This document shows, in pieces, positions 38,381-51,556 of a stretch of DNA of 64,000 nt (the first letter of the stretch is position 1; the number at the start of each line of letters is the position of its first letter). Origin of the DNA: Camelus dromedarius (taxonomy: Eukaryota); the NCBI RefSeq assembly GCF_036321535.1, contig NC_087437.1, forward strand, positions 9,860,001 to 9,924,000. The letters run 5' to 3'. The notes under the pieces were generated by a model, which ran no database searches, was not told where the DNA came from, and saw only the letters and a program-made list of their open reading frames with translations. Both the position numbers and the translations under genes were made by a program.

Positions 38381-41122
38381 CTGTTTAGAAAAACTGTGGT
38401 GTAACAGAAAGACTGCTCAGTGCGGAGCTAGAAGTTCGGAGATTTAGTGGCAGTGACATGCTCTGAGTAATCACTTGAACTTCCCTGTCTCTTCACTGGG
38501 GCGCCGGTGAGATCCACCATCCTTACCCAGCATGCACTGAGCATTTACCCTTCAAGGGTGAGAAACAAACAAGATAACACAACTGAACATATTTTGTAAA
38601 ACATCTTTTATGAGGTTTGACATTTCTGGGACCAAACCCAGTGTTTTAGTGTTTCTGGCATCCCTCATCTTAAAAATCGGAAGTCATATAGGACCAGGGA
38701 TTGGGGAAAGATAATAAATGCACTGGACAGTGAATCAAGAGGACATCTGAGTGCTCCTGTGGTTTCCAAAGTAGTATTTACAGTCTAGCCTAACCACACT
38801 TATTATGAGAATGAAATGAAGATGACGATCATGTATTCAGAAGCACCAACTTCTATCACCTTCTAGGCATGGGTGTATTTTTCTTTTAATTTTCTGAATT
38901 ATAGGGTAGGGCATTAATCCATTAAAAATATAAGGTGTAAAACATGCATAGCACTGTAAGAGAGAGGCCAAAGATAACCAAACAAGAGTGGAAAAGTAAT
39001 AATAATGCAATTGTGTAAAATGTGAACTAAAACTTGGCTATGTTGAGCAAAATTTCACACACTTGAGTTCAGTTCAATTGCTTTGGATAAAATCACAAAA
39101 TGTTCAGTAGAAACTACAGAAATCCTCTCTTATCCTGTGAATCCACAATGCTTAAGTTCTGGATGTTCAATGCATTTTACCCATGACTCGAGGCCAAGCT
39201 GTTTATATGTAAATTATTTTTTCTTCTTTATGGATGACACTAACACAAACACACACACACACCCCCAACAGCTTCAGCACATTGGCGTCATTTTTATTTA
39301 TAATTGTGTCTCTACTTTGCATTATTTTACGTCTTTTCACTTGAAATTCAGTATTTAGAAAAAAGGAAAAAGAAAGAGTGCGTAGTTGGGAAATCCCTCA
39401 GTAATGTGTGTGTGTGTGTGTGTGTGTGCAGCTAACCCGTTAGGTTTGGCGCTACCCACGTGTTTAAGTATGCACCCTTGGACCCAAGTGTGGATGACAT
39501 CTTAATAAAATACTGACCATGAAAAATATTCTTCATAATCAGTCAAAGTCCAAACTATGAGCATTCAGAGCACTAGCCCAAGACAAACCTATTTGTGTAA
39601 GCTATAGATTTGAGGCTTAGTAAACCTTGGGTAAACCTTAATTCAATTAATATTTGTTGAGGACACACTGTGCAAGATACTGTTTAGCCATTATCTTCAT
39701 AGACTTTATAATTCAATAGAGAAGATAACCATATATTCAAGTAACAATACCGCCAGAGGTAATATTTCTTAAAAGATAAACATTTTGAGTTTTTTCATAT
39801 GTAATTAGAGCCTCTTTTAAAGAAAAGGAATCAATACTCATTTTAAATGTATGAATGTTGGGTATTTTCCGTTGTGTTTTGCCATGTGGGAGATGTATTC
39901 TTCTGTGATTTAAAACAAAAACTAAAAATAAAAAACAAAGAAACTAAAGTTCATCACAACACTTTAAAGATGCTTTAATAATAATCACTGCTTAGTAAGT
40001 GGTGGGTGCACACTACACCCTGAGTGCATCTGAAGTCATGCTGAGAGGTCTAAATTATTTTTCACATTTCACTTTCAGTGGGGCTCCCGAAGATCCCATA
40101 ACTAGGAGGTCTTAGATCAAATTCAGCAGACCTGCTTCTCTCTGACTCAGCACATACTCTTATTCACAATGCTCCACTGGCATCTGCAAACAGTCATTAG
40201 TATCATTTCTTACAAGTGCATGTGTACCTACAATTATCTCAAAATAAAAAGTTTAATTAAAAAGTTAATTAGCCTGATAAAAGAACTACCCAGGTTATAA
40301 AAGAGGGATGCAAAGTAACCAGAATTGCTTGTCTGCCACAAAAATAGCAACTTTGGTTTAGCCAAACAAATGCACTGCATTTTAAAATCTCTAAGAGTCT
40401 ACCAAGATCCTCATCTAAAAAGCACAGCCATACAATGCTCTCTCCTCTGGTTTGTATTTAGACCACTCTTTTTAGAACTTTCTGGACGATTCCATGTTTC
40501 AGAAATGAACAGTTTGTTCAGAGACAAGAGATGTTTAGGCACAAGAAATAGAACTACTAAAAAGTACCCAGCATGATTGCTGAAACACATGGCCAGGCTG
40601 GCTGGAAAACACTGTTAAGGGTCACTTCCCCGATGCTGCATTTCAAAACTCTGAATTAGCTTTTTATGCACCAAGCTGCAACAGAAGCACTATGCTTCCC
40701 TTAACTAAGGTGCTTCAAGTACAAACACGTCCCAGAACTCTCTATAATGAGAGTCAGCTGAAAATCCAATGCAAACAAGCCAACAGTGAAAAATGGTAGT
40801 AGTGTAAGACTAAATAAATACCCGTCAGCACAAGGCACATTTACGATTAATTCATATCTTCAGCACAGATTTCAAGTCATAGTACAATTACGGGATTCAC
40901 AGAATTCATAGCCTAAAGATCTAAATTGCTTCCTCCCTACCAAAAAAAAAAAAAAAAAAAAGGCAATTCAAAAATCAGGTTAAGTATGAGTGGGAAATTT
41001 AAGCCAGTTTTCCTTCCAAATATAGAATGAAAACAGTGCCAACTGGAAGAGAAAGAATTGCTCGTGCTCTTGTCATTGACCCTTAAGTGGGGCTTTCTTT
41101 TATATATATTTTGTATCATTAC

Positions 41123-41164
41123 CTCATATTGTTCACGTAGCCAACATAAAAGGAATCCCTGCAT
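41123..41164 (-). CDS. Candidate alternative N-terminal coding segment MQGFLLCWLREQYE ending at a phase-0 donor
   Basis: ggaaatATGCAG...TATGAG|gtaatg; exactly 14 codons. No homology recognised. Confidence 0.3.
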
Positions 41165-41385
41165 ATTTCCTTCTCTGAGCCAGCCACAGACCTTTCCACC
41201 CAAACAAGAAAGAAATCACTCACAGCACAGACTTGCTTTTTCCCTGCAAGGCTGAGAAGTCTGTATGTAATTCCTTCAAATCGGTGGGAGTTTACGATCC
41301 TCACTTTTCCTGGCATATATAAAATAAAAACTGATGAAAAAAGTAAGACAAAAATCACCAGTTTCCTGCTTAAAAGTCTATGATG

Positions 41386-41477
41386 CAAAAGAACATATAT
41401 ACATATATATGACTGTATCACTATGCTATATGCCAGAAATTAACACAATATCAGTCAACACTACTTCAATAAAAAAA
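41386..41477 (+). mobile_element. Short L1 3' end with TSD
   Basis: tctatgatg duplicated at 41377-41385 and 41478-41486; tail ctacttcaataaaaaaa. Confidence 0.8.
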
Positions 41478-42713
41478 TCTATGATGAAAGCTCCTTTCAT
41501 TCTGCATCTAAAAAGCTTATGAAAATATTCAATTATGTACACGATGAGAGTTCACCAAAGTACTGCTAAATGTTTGTGACAGAGTTCGTATCCATTGAGG
41601 TTAGCAGAGCCCCATTCTCACAATGACACGTGATCCTGTCCCTGCGTGTGACATGGTGTGACTGAGGTTTGCATTTTCCAAGGTGAGAGTGTCATTCACA
41701 GCCCAGATGGGAGAGTGGTCTTAAGATTCTTGGCTACCAAATTAAAAGATTTGCTTGGAGCTGTGATTCCTGCAACATAATTACTGCCTAGCAAGTTTTT
41801 AGAGGAGTGGCTTCCTGCTGACTTGAGGACACGGCCACCATCCGAGTCTATAAAATTTTCTGTCACTGAAGATTTATGGGCCAATGTCTCAGATCTTAAG
41901 GATGCAATAGCAAATTGTAACAGAATCTGAGTTGTTCTTTCACTCCACAGATACTCAGTCAGTGAAAACTGAGGGACATGCATAATTTTCTAAAAACTGC
42001 TAGCAAATATTTTTTTGTTGAAGTCTCCTTTTCTATTAGGTAACAGGCTCCCTTAGCAACAATTCAGTCTAATTCTATAACCTATGAGTCCTCTTCAGTT
42101 ATGAAGAATCACTCATATCCATTTTAAATGTGGTTAAAAGCTTTCCTCTCTCCTTCCAAACTCTGAAGGAAGTTCTGTGTGAAATGACACGAGGCCTCAT
42201 CTGATGTCACAGCTCCTCCCCACCCAGAAAGCTTCATATTCCACTGGAGATGAGGAAGGAAGACGAGGAAGAAAAGCCGTTTCCTGCTGTGCTGGCCCAC
42301 GGAGATGTGGCTGTCTTCTCCTGCGATGTTCCTTCCTTACTTGAGAAATCTCACAAAGCACTGGGGAGCTTATGGATTCCTTCCTGTGATTTCCTCTGTA
42401 TGGGCAGCAACCAAGGGGGCTGCATTTTTCACAGCCACTCCCACTATCTCAAGCTATTTCCTGGCATGGAGTTGTACCCTCAGCCTTCAGCCTCTTGCTG
42501 CTGGAATCTCCTCTGCCAGTCTCCATGGAAACGCACGGATGTCAATGATGGAGACACAGAACACAGGAGTGTCCGTTCCCTGGACACTCCTTTTCTGAGT
42601 TCCACCATGTCTCTTGGACCACATTCATGCCAAACAGCATTAAGTTCTTATTGAGGTCAGTGGCTCAGTAACTTTTATATGAGATGCAATCACTCCTCCC
42701 TGATTTAGTGTTG

Positions 42714-43203
42714 TGTAACAGGGAAGAGCAATCTGACTCCACACTGGATTTCTTTTACTTGAACCTTTATATTCTATTGCTTTTGCTACGTTACGAATGT
42801 TGTCTATAGCCTGAAATACACAGCAGAGCCCATTCTCAAAGCTCTGACCTTTAAGGGTAAAACACTTTCCCATTCATATAGAGGTAAAAAGATGCAGAAT
42901 AGGGAATAACATGTGTCTTTTTGGAGGTTTACAGAAACATTGTGACTGGACCACGTGGGCAACTGCAAGAACAAAGGATTAAGGCACCAAGAAGTTTGCA
43001 CCAACCAACCACACCCCCTCCCCTTCCTTTTAGTATAAAAGTAGCCTGAATTCTAACTCGGGAAAATGGTTCTTTGGGACACTAGTTCACCCTCTCCTGG
43101 GTCTGCAGGCTTTCTGAATAAAGTTCCTATTCCTTCCCCAACAACTTGTTTCTCGACTTACTGGCCTGTTGCAGCGAGCAGTATGAGCTTGGACTCAGTA
43201 ACA
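42714..43203 (+). mobile_element. Full-length ERV1-class solo LTR (MER41-like) with 4-bp TSD
   Basis: TG...CA ends; GTTG at 42710-42713 and 43204-43207; TATAAAA at 43034-43040; AATAAA at 43117-43122. Confidence 0.9.
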
Positions 43204-43959
43204 GTTGCGATCTCTGTACTATTTGGAAGCCCCCCAAGGGCAGGAAATATGCTCAATTAGAACTTACGATGTCCTGACAGAACTGCCTACTATGTGCCAG
43301 ATCCTAGAGTTACAATAAACATTGGAACATGGCAACAGAGCAGAACTTCATACCTCATCAATCCATCTCCTTCCTCACTGCAGTCACCCACAACCACTGC
43401 AAGAGTTCAGCTCCTGGCTTACAACCACTGTCTCCAAAATTACTCTTGTAAAAACTATTCTTCGTGGTGATTTCGTGCACACAGAGGGTGCTTCCAACGC
43501 CGTGTTTTCACTCCTTTGCCCTGGAGTGATCTTTCCCGTCCATCCTAGCTCAGCCACACAATTCTCCCACTTACCCCTAATCTTAACTGTGCAAATAAAC
43601 AAACCTCCTGCAAAATCTCAGACATCCCACTCTCTGACCACCACCTCCTACCTTGCCCACTCAAATGTTTTGCTACCAGGACCGAAAAGATTTTTTACCC
43701 CCTCCTACTTTTTAGCGTCTCTTTTCTTTCTGCTCTCATTTTTCATCGTACAGAATACAATTTCCATAAACAGCCATTCTAATTACAGACACACATGAAC
43801 TTTCAAGTCCTTTACTTTTTTCTCCCTTTTTTTTCTTTCCTAATTGGCCAAATCGTAACCGTGTTTAATTCTAATGCTCCACCTGCTTCTCACTAGCCCC
43901 CTTCTCTGCTGAATGTGGATGGAGAAACACAGCTATGCTGATTATGGGGCTTTTCTGTT

Positions 43960-44170
43960 GCCTGGGTTTGAAAGCCAGATTTTCTCCCCCTACACCCTTA
44001 TTTTCCAGCTGAGTGATCTTAGGCAACCTATATAAATTGTCTGTTCCTCAGTTTCTTCATCTGTCAGATGGAGAACACATTAGTACATATTTCAAATACA
44101 TACTGTAATGATTAAATGACTTAATATATGTAAAGCCGTGCCTGGCGCTAAGTCTTAATAAATATGGACT
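43960..44170 (+). mobile_element. MIR SINE
   Basis: gcctgggtttgaaa...ctgagtgatcttaggcaa...cctcagtttcttcatctgt. Confidence 0.8.
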
Positions 44171-44559
44171 GTTTTGTTGCTATTATTCAAAATATTTTTC
44201 TGTCCTTTAAAAACACAAACTCATTCCAAAAGACACAGGCAAATCACTGATGAAAATTTAATTATTTTTGAAATATGACAGGAATGTCGGTAGGAAGGAA
44301 GTGAACACTCTTTAATGCATTATTAAAAGCTCAAATAATGATTCTGATACCATGGTTTTGATAATCTAACAATATCCATTAGGCATGTTTTCTTCAAAAT
44401 AAACCTTCCTTGATTGTTTGCATTTATAAATATCATTAAAAAATTATAGATGTCAAAAAAATAAGGAAAACCTATGATCAATGATTCTCTAAAAGAATCC
44501 ACCACAAATAGCATCTTGGGTTGTCATAGTCGTCCTGACCTGTGCCATCCTGGATACTG

Positions 44560-44705
44560 TGATAATTTAAATTAACAAAATTAAAAATTCAGTTCTTTGG
44601 TCACACTAGCAACAGTTCAGATGTTTGATAGCCACGTGTGATTAGCTACAAATATAGAACATTATTACCCTCATCACAGAAAATTCTACTGAACAGCACT
44701 GTCTA
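44560..44705. mobile_element. MER3-like hAT-Charlie element
   Basis: aaaattcagttctttggtcacactagc...tagccacgtgtg...catcacagaaaattctactgaacagcact. Confidence 0.8.
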
Positions 44706-46430
44706 TACCCTTTTTATTATACATATATAATTATAAAATTGAATAGAAATTGTAATCTACATTTGTTTGTGATTCCTTTCATCTCCTTACAATATAGTAA
44801 GAGCAATTCAATGTCCATAGGTATACTTTGGCTACCTCCTGTATCCCACCATGCTTCTGGAATGTATTTTGAGGTTTTTTTTATATAGTTTCCAATTGTC
44901 TTACAAAAAAGGTGCAATTATGAATGTATCATTAAGTTTGTATGGGTACTGTAATAGCTTCATTAAATAAATGCATTTTAGAAGAAATTCCCATACGTTT
45001 GCAACCACTAATGACATATACATTTTTCTTTTTTTTTTAATTGAGGTATAGTCTAATGACATACATATTTTTTAAGCCTTGGATAGACTTCGTCAGGTGT
45101 TGCAATGACTCAGCTCTGTTTTATATCACACACACCACTTCTAACATAGTTACTTGTTCTATATTCCAGTAAAATGACAGTAAGATCCAGGAAAATGATA
45201 TGGAATGGAAGAAACAGAAAATGTACAACAAATAAATATAATCTCAGAGTGGAAGCTGTTTAAGAGGCCTAGAAAACAAGATGTCAGTTAAGACCAAGAT
45301 GTCGGTGAAGTTTCCACAAGAACTTAAAGAAGGAATCTTGAATGGATTCTAAGAAATTAAGAAAAAGCTGGACAATGTTAGTAAGCTGAGGAAGAAAATG
45401 ATCTTCCATAAAAAAAAAAAAAAAAAGAAAGAAAGAAAATTTCCAGGAAAGCTTTTCAAAGCCACAAGAATATCAAAACCAAATATGAAGCAAGTAAAAC
45501 GTACTGTGACTTTGAATAATTTGTAGAGTATATGAAAAGACCGTTCATTAGTGCTCAACCCAGGAAACAGCAACAACAAAAAAGTTTTCTATATACTATA
45601 AATAACCATATTGCAAATTTTACCATAGACCCTGTTGAAAAGACAACATATTCTCAAATCACAAACTACAGAAGCTATGCCACATGAAAAACTATGCCAC
45701 AAATAGACACATAACTCAGTAAATGCTTTGTGTTATCCTTTCAACGGTATTTATATTTTCTGCATATAAACTTCAAATACTCCAACTCCTTTCCAAAGAT
45801 CAAACATGTTAAAAAATATGTGGAATAATAAAAACATTTAAGTCACAAGTGTGCAGTATATGTGTGCGTGTGAGCACGTGTGCATGTTTTAAGCAGTTTG
45901 ACATTTGATTACTTTGCATCCCAAGGACTAGTTGGAGGTGGAAGTCAAGAGACCAGAACCATGAAAATGCTTTAGAACTGAAGCATCTGTGTCATACATC
46001 ACAGATGCCCTGCTTTGCTTTATTACTGAGCATTTGTAAGGTGGGCCACACGTGAAACAGCAACTTCACAGGAGTATATTTTGATGAATACGGCGTGTAA
46101 AATTTGACATGCTTTGCTGTTTTGAGGGTTATCTTTGTGTGATTCTTCTTAGAGTATCACCCTTCTCTATTAAAGAAAGAATTTTATATGGGGCCTATGG
46201 AGAAGGGGAAGCAGATAGCAGATAGGGAAGGCAGAGCTAAGAAAAGTGGAGAGAGGAGAGGAAGAGAAAAGAGGACAAAAACAATGGTGTCCTTTCCTCG
46301 TGGCCCCAGAGACTCCTGTCTTAAGGAGAATCCAGCAGGCCTTCTATGCTAGAAGTCTGTTTCCCAACTGATTACAAAGCTCAGAGCTCAAGGAAACATG
46401 AAAATATGGTTTCAAGTATTAGAATTAGTT

Positions 46431-46442
46431 TAGGTAGGTAGG

Positions 46443-46473
<31 letters not shown>

Positions 46474-46776
46474 GTAGATAGATAGGTAGGATAAAATAAA
46501 TGATAGATCGATAGATAGATAGATAGATAGATAGGCAGGCGACAGACAGACAGATGGATGGATGGCTAGATAGACAGAAAGGTGGGCGGGCAGACGGACA
46601 GATGGACAGACAGGTAGGTAGGTAGACAGATAGGTAGATGGATAGATGGACAGATGGATGGATGGGCAGATGGGCAGACAGACAGATGGATGGATGGATG
46701 GCTAGATAGATAGATAGGCAGACAAAGGGATGGATGGATAGACAGACAGACAGACAGATAGGTAGATAGAGAGATT

Positions 46777-46838
<62 letters not shown>

Positions 46839-46912
46839 AAGAACAGAAGATAGAAAGAATAGATGCTAGATAGATGGACAGATAGACAGGATGGGTGGTA
46901 GATGGATAGATA
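46431..46912. repeat. Compound tetranucleotide array (GATA/GACA/GATG/GGTA)n, about 480 bp
   Basis: Direct reading; the longest pure (GATA)n run is at about 46777-46837. Confidence 0.97.
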
Positions 46913-47791
46913 GGGATTGTTATGGCTTAACTCCTTAAGATACAGGGGCAGAAGCATATATGACAACTATGAGCACAAATCCAAGAGAAGGCCACTCCAA
47001 TGGGATATTTCTGAGTTTAGTCAATTCAAAGTTATCCTCAATTACAGACAATTATACATATTACAAAGTAAGTCTTTGATGAAATATTTAAAAGAGAGGA
47101 AAAATGATATAAAATATCAAGAACTAGAGGCAAGAGCAGTAACAAAATCAGAGTCTACCATTAAGTGAGCAAAACATTTACTCTGCAGACAATACCCTCT
47201 CTTCAGCACGTACGGGAAGTGAGACAGCAAGTTATGATAGGACCTATATTATTGTGAGGATATTAATTATATGAAAAGTGCAGGAATAAGCATTAGCACA
47301 AAAAAAGAAAGTTTCATCGCCAAGACTATCAAGAAGTTCACACACATAATTACATAGTGCTTTTCCAGTCTTAACACAATGAAGCTTTCAGATGGGAAGA
47401 AAAACAGACCAAAGCGTATCATTATCCCCGAATCTCTAAGTGAATTTGTAATGTTTTTAAAGTTTCAAGAAGTTTATGAAGGAGGAAATACAAACTTTAA
47501 AGTAGACCTGACTTACAATAACAAGTTTGTTAAGAAATATATATAGTTGGTTAGAAATCGATTTTCTCACAGACCCACTACTTCCTTTCAGTTAGATGCT
47601 AAATTCAACCACTTATTGACTACCAATTATTTTCACACCGTTAGGAATTTTTTTAACATGGTAAGTTTTAAGGTGATTTTGCTACATGCTGTTTGAAAAA
47701 TCTAGTAAGGAAGCTTAACAAGTGAAAATATAAATGCTTGTAAGCACAGGGTTATATTTTCATAGTACTTTACTTATATTACCATATAGCA

Positions 47792-48174
47792 TTGTATCAG
47801 TTAGGATAGGTTAGGTTTTGTAGCAGTAACAAAATCCTAAAATCTCAGTGACTTTAAGAAGCAAAGAATTCTCACTCATACAACCTCAGGTCAACAAGTC
47901 TTCCATTCCTACGTATCCTTGCTCAGGGTCACAGGCTACAAAGCCTCTGCCATCGGAAACACGATTCATCGCTATGATGGGGAAAAGGACCTAGCAAACC
48001 ACACACCAGCTTTGAATGTCTTCCGCCAGAATGTGACACATCACTTCCATTCATATGTTCTCAGCCACAGCAAGTAACTTTTCAAAAGCTAACTTCAGGA
48101 GGTGGGTAACTGCAGTGCTTCCAGATGACTGGAAAGAGGAGAAGAAGAAACAGGAAACAGACTGAATCACTACA
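47792..48174 (-). mobile_element. MLT1J-like MaLR LTR
   Basis: tgtatcagttaggataggttaggttttgtagcagtaacaaa...aaatctcagtgactt...gtgacacatcacttcc. Confidence 0.75.
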
Positions 48175-48217
48175 GCATTAGATATGCTCCATTTTAAATG
48201 TTTTTTTTTTTTCCAAA

Positions 48218-48468
48218 GGGAATCCTCCTACACTGTTGATCGGAATGTAATTTGGTGCAGCCATTATGGAAAACAGTATGGAGATTCCTTTAAAGATTGA
48301 GAACAGAGTTACCATGTGATCCAGCAATCCCATCTTGGGTGTATATTCAGAAGAACTCTTGATTCAAAAAGATACATGCAACCCAATGTTCACAGCAGCA
48401 CTATATACAATAGCCAAGACACGGAAGCAACGTAAATGTCTATCAACAGATGAATGGATAAAGATGTG

Positions 48469-48506
<38 letters not shown>

Positions 48507-49092
48507 TATATATAAAGTAATTGGGTCCTCCTTGCATAAATACATATATAAATATATACATATATACATATACACACACATATATACATATACACACACA
48601 TATACACATAGACACACACATATACATATACACATATACAATGGCAAACACTCAGGCATTAAAAAAATGAAATAATGCCATTTGCAGCAACATGGATGGA
48701 CCCAGAGATTATCATACTAAGTGAAGTAAGTCAGACAGAGAAAGACAAATATCATATGGCATCATTTACATGTGGAATCTGAAAACATGACACAAACAAA
48801 CTTATTTATAAAACAGTCACAGACATAGGGAAAAAAAGTCCTGGTTGCCAAAGGGGAAAGTAGGAGGGGATAAATTAGAAGTGTGGTATTTGCAAACTAC
48901 TATATATAAAACAGATAAACAATGAGGTCCTACCGTATAGCACAAGGGAACTATATTCAATATCTGGTAATAACCTATAAAGAAGAAGAATATGAAAAAG
49001 AATATGTATGTGTATATATAACTGAATCACTATGCTGCATACCAGAAACTGACACAACATTGTAAATCAACTATACTTCAATAAAAACATAA

Positions 49093-49135
<43 letters not shown>

Positions 49136-49153
49136 ACAAACAAACAAACAAAC
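48218..49153 (+). mobile_element. Artiodactyl-type L1 3' fragment with internal (TG/TA/CA)n expansion and (TAAA)n/(CAAA)n tail
   Basis: gggaatcctcctacactgttg...gatccagcaatccca...gcagcaacatggatggac...caacattgtaaatcaactatacttcaataaaa. Confidence 0.93.
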
Positions 49154-50296
49154 AGTTTCTTTCCTCCTTTCCCAGTTAGCTTTGAGTTCTTGGAAATAAA
49201 ATGTTGAAACGTATCCATGTTTCCAGGATTTGTACCTTGTCCAGTACTGGGTACTCAATAAGTATTTACTGCATGAAAAACAAGGGCAGTCAGCCAGTCA
49301 AATATTCCAGCATGTTTAAGAAGAAATGATGCTGAAAAGAGACCTCTGGATTTGACACAAAGTTTACCTGCCATCATTGAAAAGTGTCTCAGAAACATGA
49401 GAAACTGAGGTGAGAAAATGAAGGGAGATCGTGGAGGCTGCCCTTTCCAACAGTTTGACCATGATTCCAAGGAGAGATTTAGGGCAACAGCTAGAAGGAA
49501 GTTATTCTGTATGGATCGGGTTGTAGATCAGGTCCGGAAGGAGAGAGGAAAGTTGAGGAGAGAGGGCGAGTAACGGATGAAGGGTTTAAGAGGCACCAGG
49601 GGGGGAATGTGACCATAAATGGGGACGCGAGCACTGGGACAGCAATCCTTCTGAGACAGAGATGTGATCTGGATGGTTATCAGTAAAGCTGTGCCTTTGA
49701 AGACGTGCCTGCCTACTGGTCTTCATCTCATGTGAGAAGCTGAATCCAGATCATAGTCTGAAGGTAAGAGCAGGCATTGGGACAAAAGACTTGACGTGCA
49801 GGACTAAATTAGAGGGGTCTTTATGCAAGGAGGACCCATCCCACTGGAAGAATTGGAAGGAAGGCTGTGCAGCACTGAAAAAGGATGTCCAGTTGGAGGC
49901 AAATTTTAAATGGGACTGAGAACACTCATCTCCACAGCTACTAGAAACTTCTATAGGATTTAGTGACTTGGAGGCATGATTCTCCAAGCCAGCTGGTGAC
50001 ACGTCCAGGCCCAGACCCAGAAAATGCAAGCAAATGACCCCTTTCTAACATTTAACAAGAAATGTGATGTGCTGACTCCCTGTACTCCCCCCCCCAAAAA
50101 ATCTAAAACTATGGCCATTTCGACTTAATTATTGGGAACAAAATGAAAAAGTAATTGTGGAATGACTTCTGTAAGTGGCCACTTTACAATGTACTCTCAC
50201 TGAGTAATGCTAGAAGGAGACTGGAACGGATTCAACTAACTTAAAACATGTACAGAAATATTATTGTGCAAATTCCAAGAGATTTTGTTTTCTTAC

Positions 50297-50338
50297 TTGT
50301 GGAATCCAGTACCTCCTGGAAAATGAGCTGGTCTTACC
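50297..50338 (-). other. Candidate 42-nt cassette exon
   Basis: tttattttttcttcctttaaaag|GGTAAGACC...TTCCACAA|gtaaga. Confidence 0.3.
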
Positions 50339-51343
50339 CTTTTAAAGGAAGAAAAAATAAAAGACAGCTTTTGCATTTTTCTCAAAAATGAAGCTAAATC
50401 TTCCTTGAATATTTGCAGACAGTCTGCCACCTTGGGCATATGGATGGAATTTAGTATTGGTCTCAGCAATAATGAGATCAGAAAAATAACTGTAATGAAG
50501 TTACTAATTATATGTCCTTTTTTAGGTTCCCTGTGATTCTGAAGGTCTGACAATAACAAAGCAATCATGGTAAGTCATCCTAAGTTGAGGTTGGTACCCA
50601 CTGTTTAAATGTGCAGAAATCTTTAAACTCTGAGAAAAGCGTTTTGGTACTGAAGGAGTCAAGTCAAAAAGATGTGTTGCTGAATTTAGGAGTGAAATGA
50701 GGAACTCAGTTGGAGATGAGAGCAGGAAGGCCAGTGGAAATGACAAGAAATGATGTCCTAGAGAGACAGTAAATCTCTCCCTGGAAAGGAAATTAGTTAT
50801 GAATCATATGTAAACAAACCAATGTACAGTATCTCTTAGGATGTTTCGTCCATATAATGAATTTGTTTACATAGCTTATAAGGGAGGATTAGATATATGT
50901 GTTAAAGGCAGCGTAATGTTCAATAAAAAGGTATTTTTAATGTAGGTTTAAATTCTCAAAATTGTTTATGGGACCACTTCTTCACTCAAATGGAAGGCAA
51001 AAGAAGAGACACAAAGAACATGACAAGCGGAAGTTGGGATGACCGTGCTTACTGAAGTCACAGCCACGGGACCAATATCCTCTTTGGGGACATTCCTGAC
51101 GTCATCTTGGAATGTATTCACAGTTGAACTCTTACCACTTGTTTCATTTTCTGAAAAATGTCAGGAATTTATAAAGTAAGAGCTAAATAAGCCTTTGCTA
51201 GACCTATGTGAAGAACTTATTTCTTTCTTTCAAACATGTGCCTGGTAATTTTATTCTTTTTGACCAAACTACTTTTATGACTTTCCACACAAGTATGCCA
51301 AGCCATCCTCAGACTATCCTCTCAGTGACTTTCAAACTACTTT

Positions 51344-51556
51344 TTTTTTGAAGTACAGTCAGTTACAATGTGTCAATTTCTAGTGTACAGCACACTGTCC
51401 CAGTCATGCAGATACATACATATATTCATTCTCATATTTTTTTCTTTAAAGGTTACTACAAGACATTGAACATAGTTTCCTGTGCTATACAGAAGAAACT
51501 TTTTAAAATCTATTTTATATATAGAGGCTAACATTTGTAAATTTCAAACTCCCAAA
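51344..51556 (-). mobile_element. L1 3' end with 10-bp TSD
   Basis: aaactacttt at 51334-51343 and 51557-51566; T-tail then gaagtacagtcagttacaatg. Confidence 0.85.

Noticed and set aside
42714..43203. Interferon-inducible STAT1 (GAS) enhancer as described for primate MER41
   Set aside because: I could not find a canonical TTCNNNGAA in this copy by eye; only a partial ctcgggaa.
43322..43798. 158-aa ORF
   Set aside because: No true ATG start, no splice support, and pyrimidine-rich sequence resembling decayed L2.
46430..46966. 178-aa ORF (SIYL repeats)
   Set aside because: Translation of the GATA-type microsatellite.
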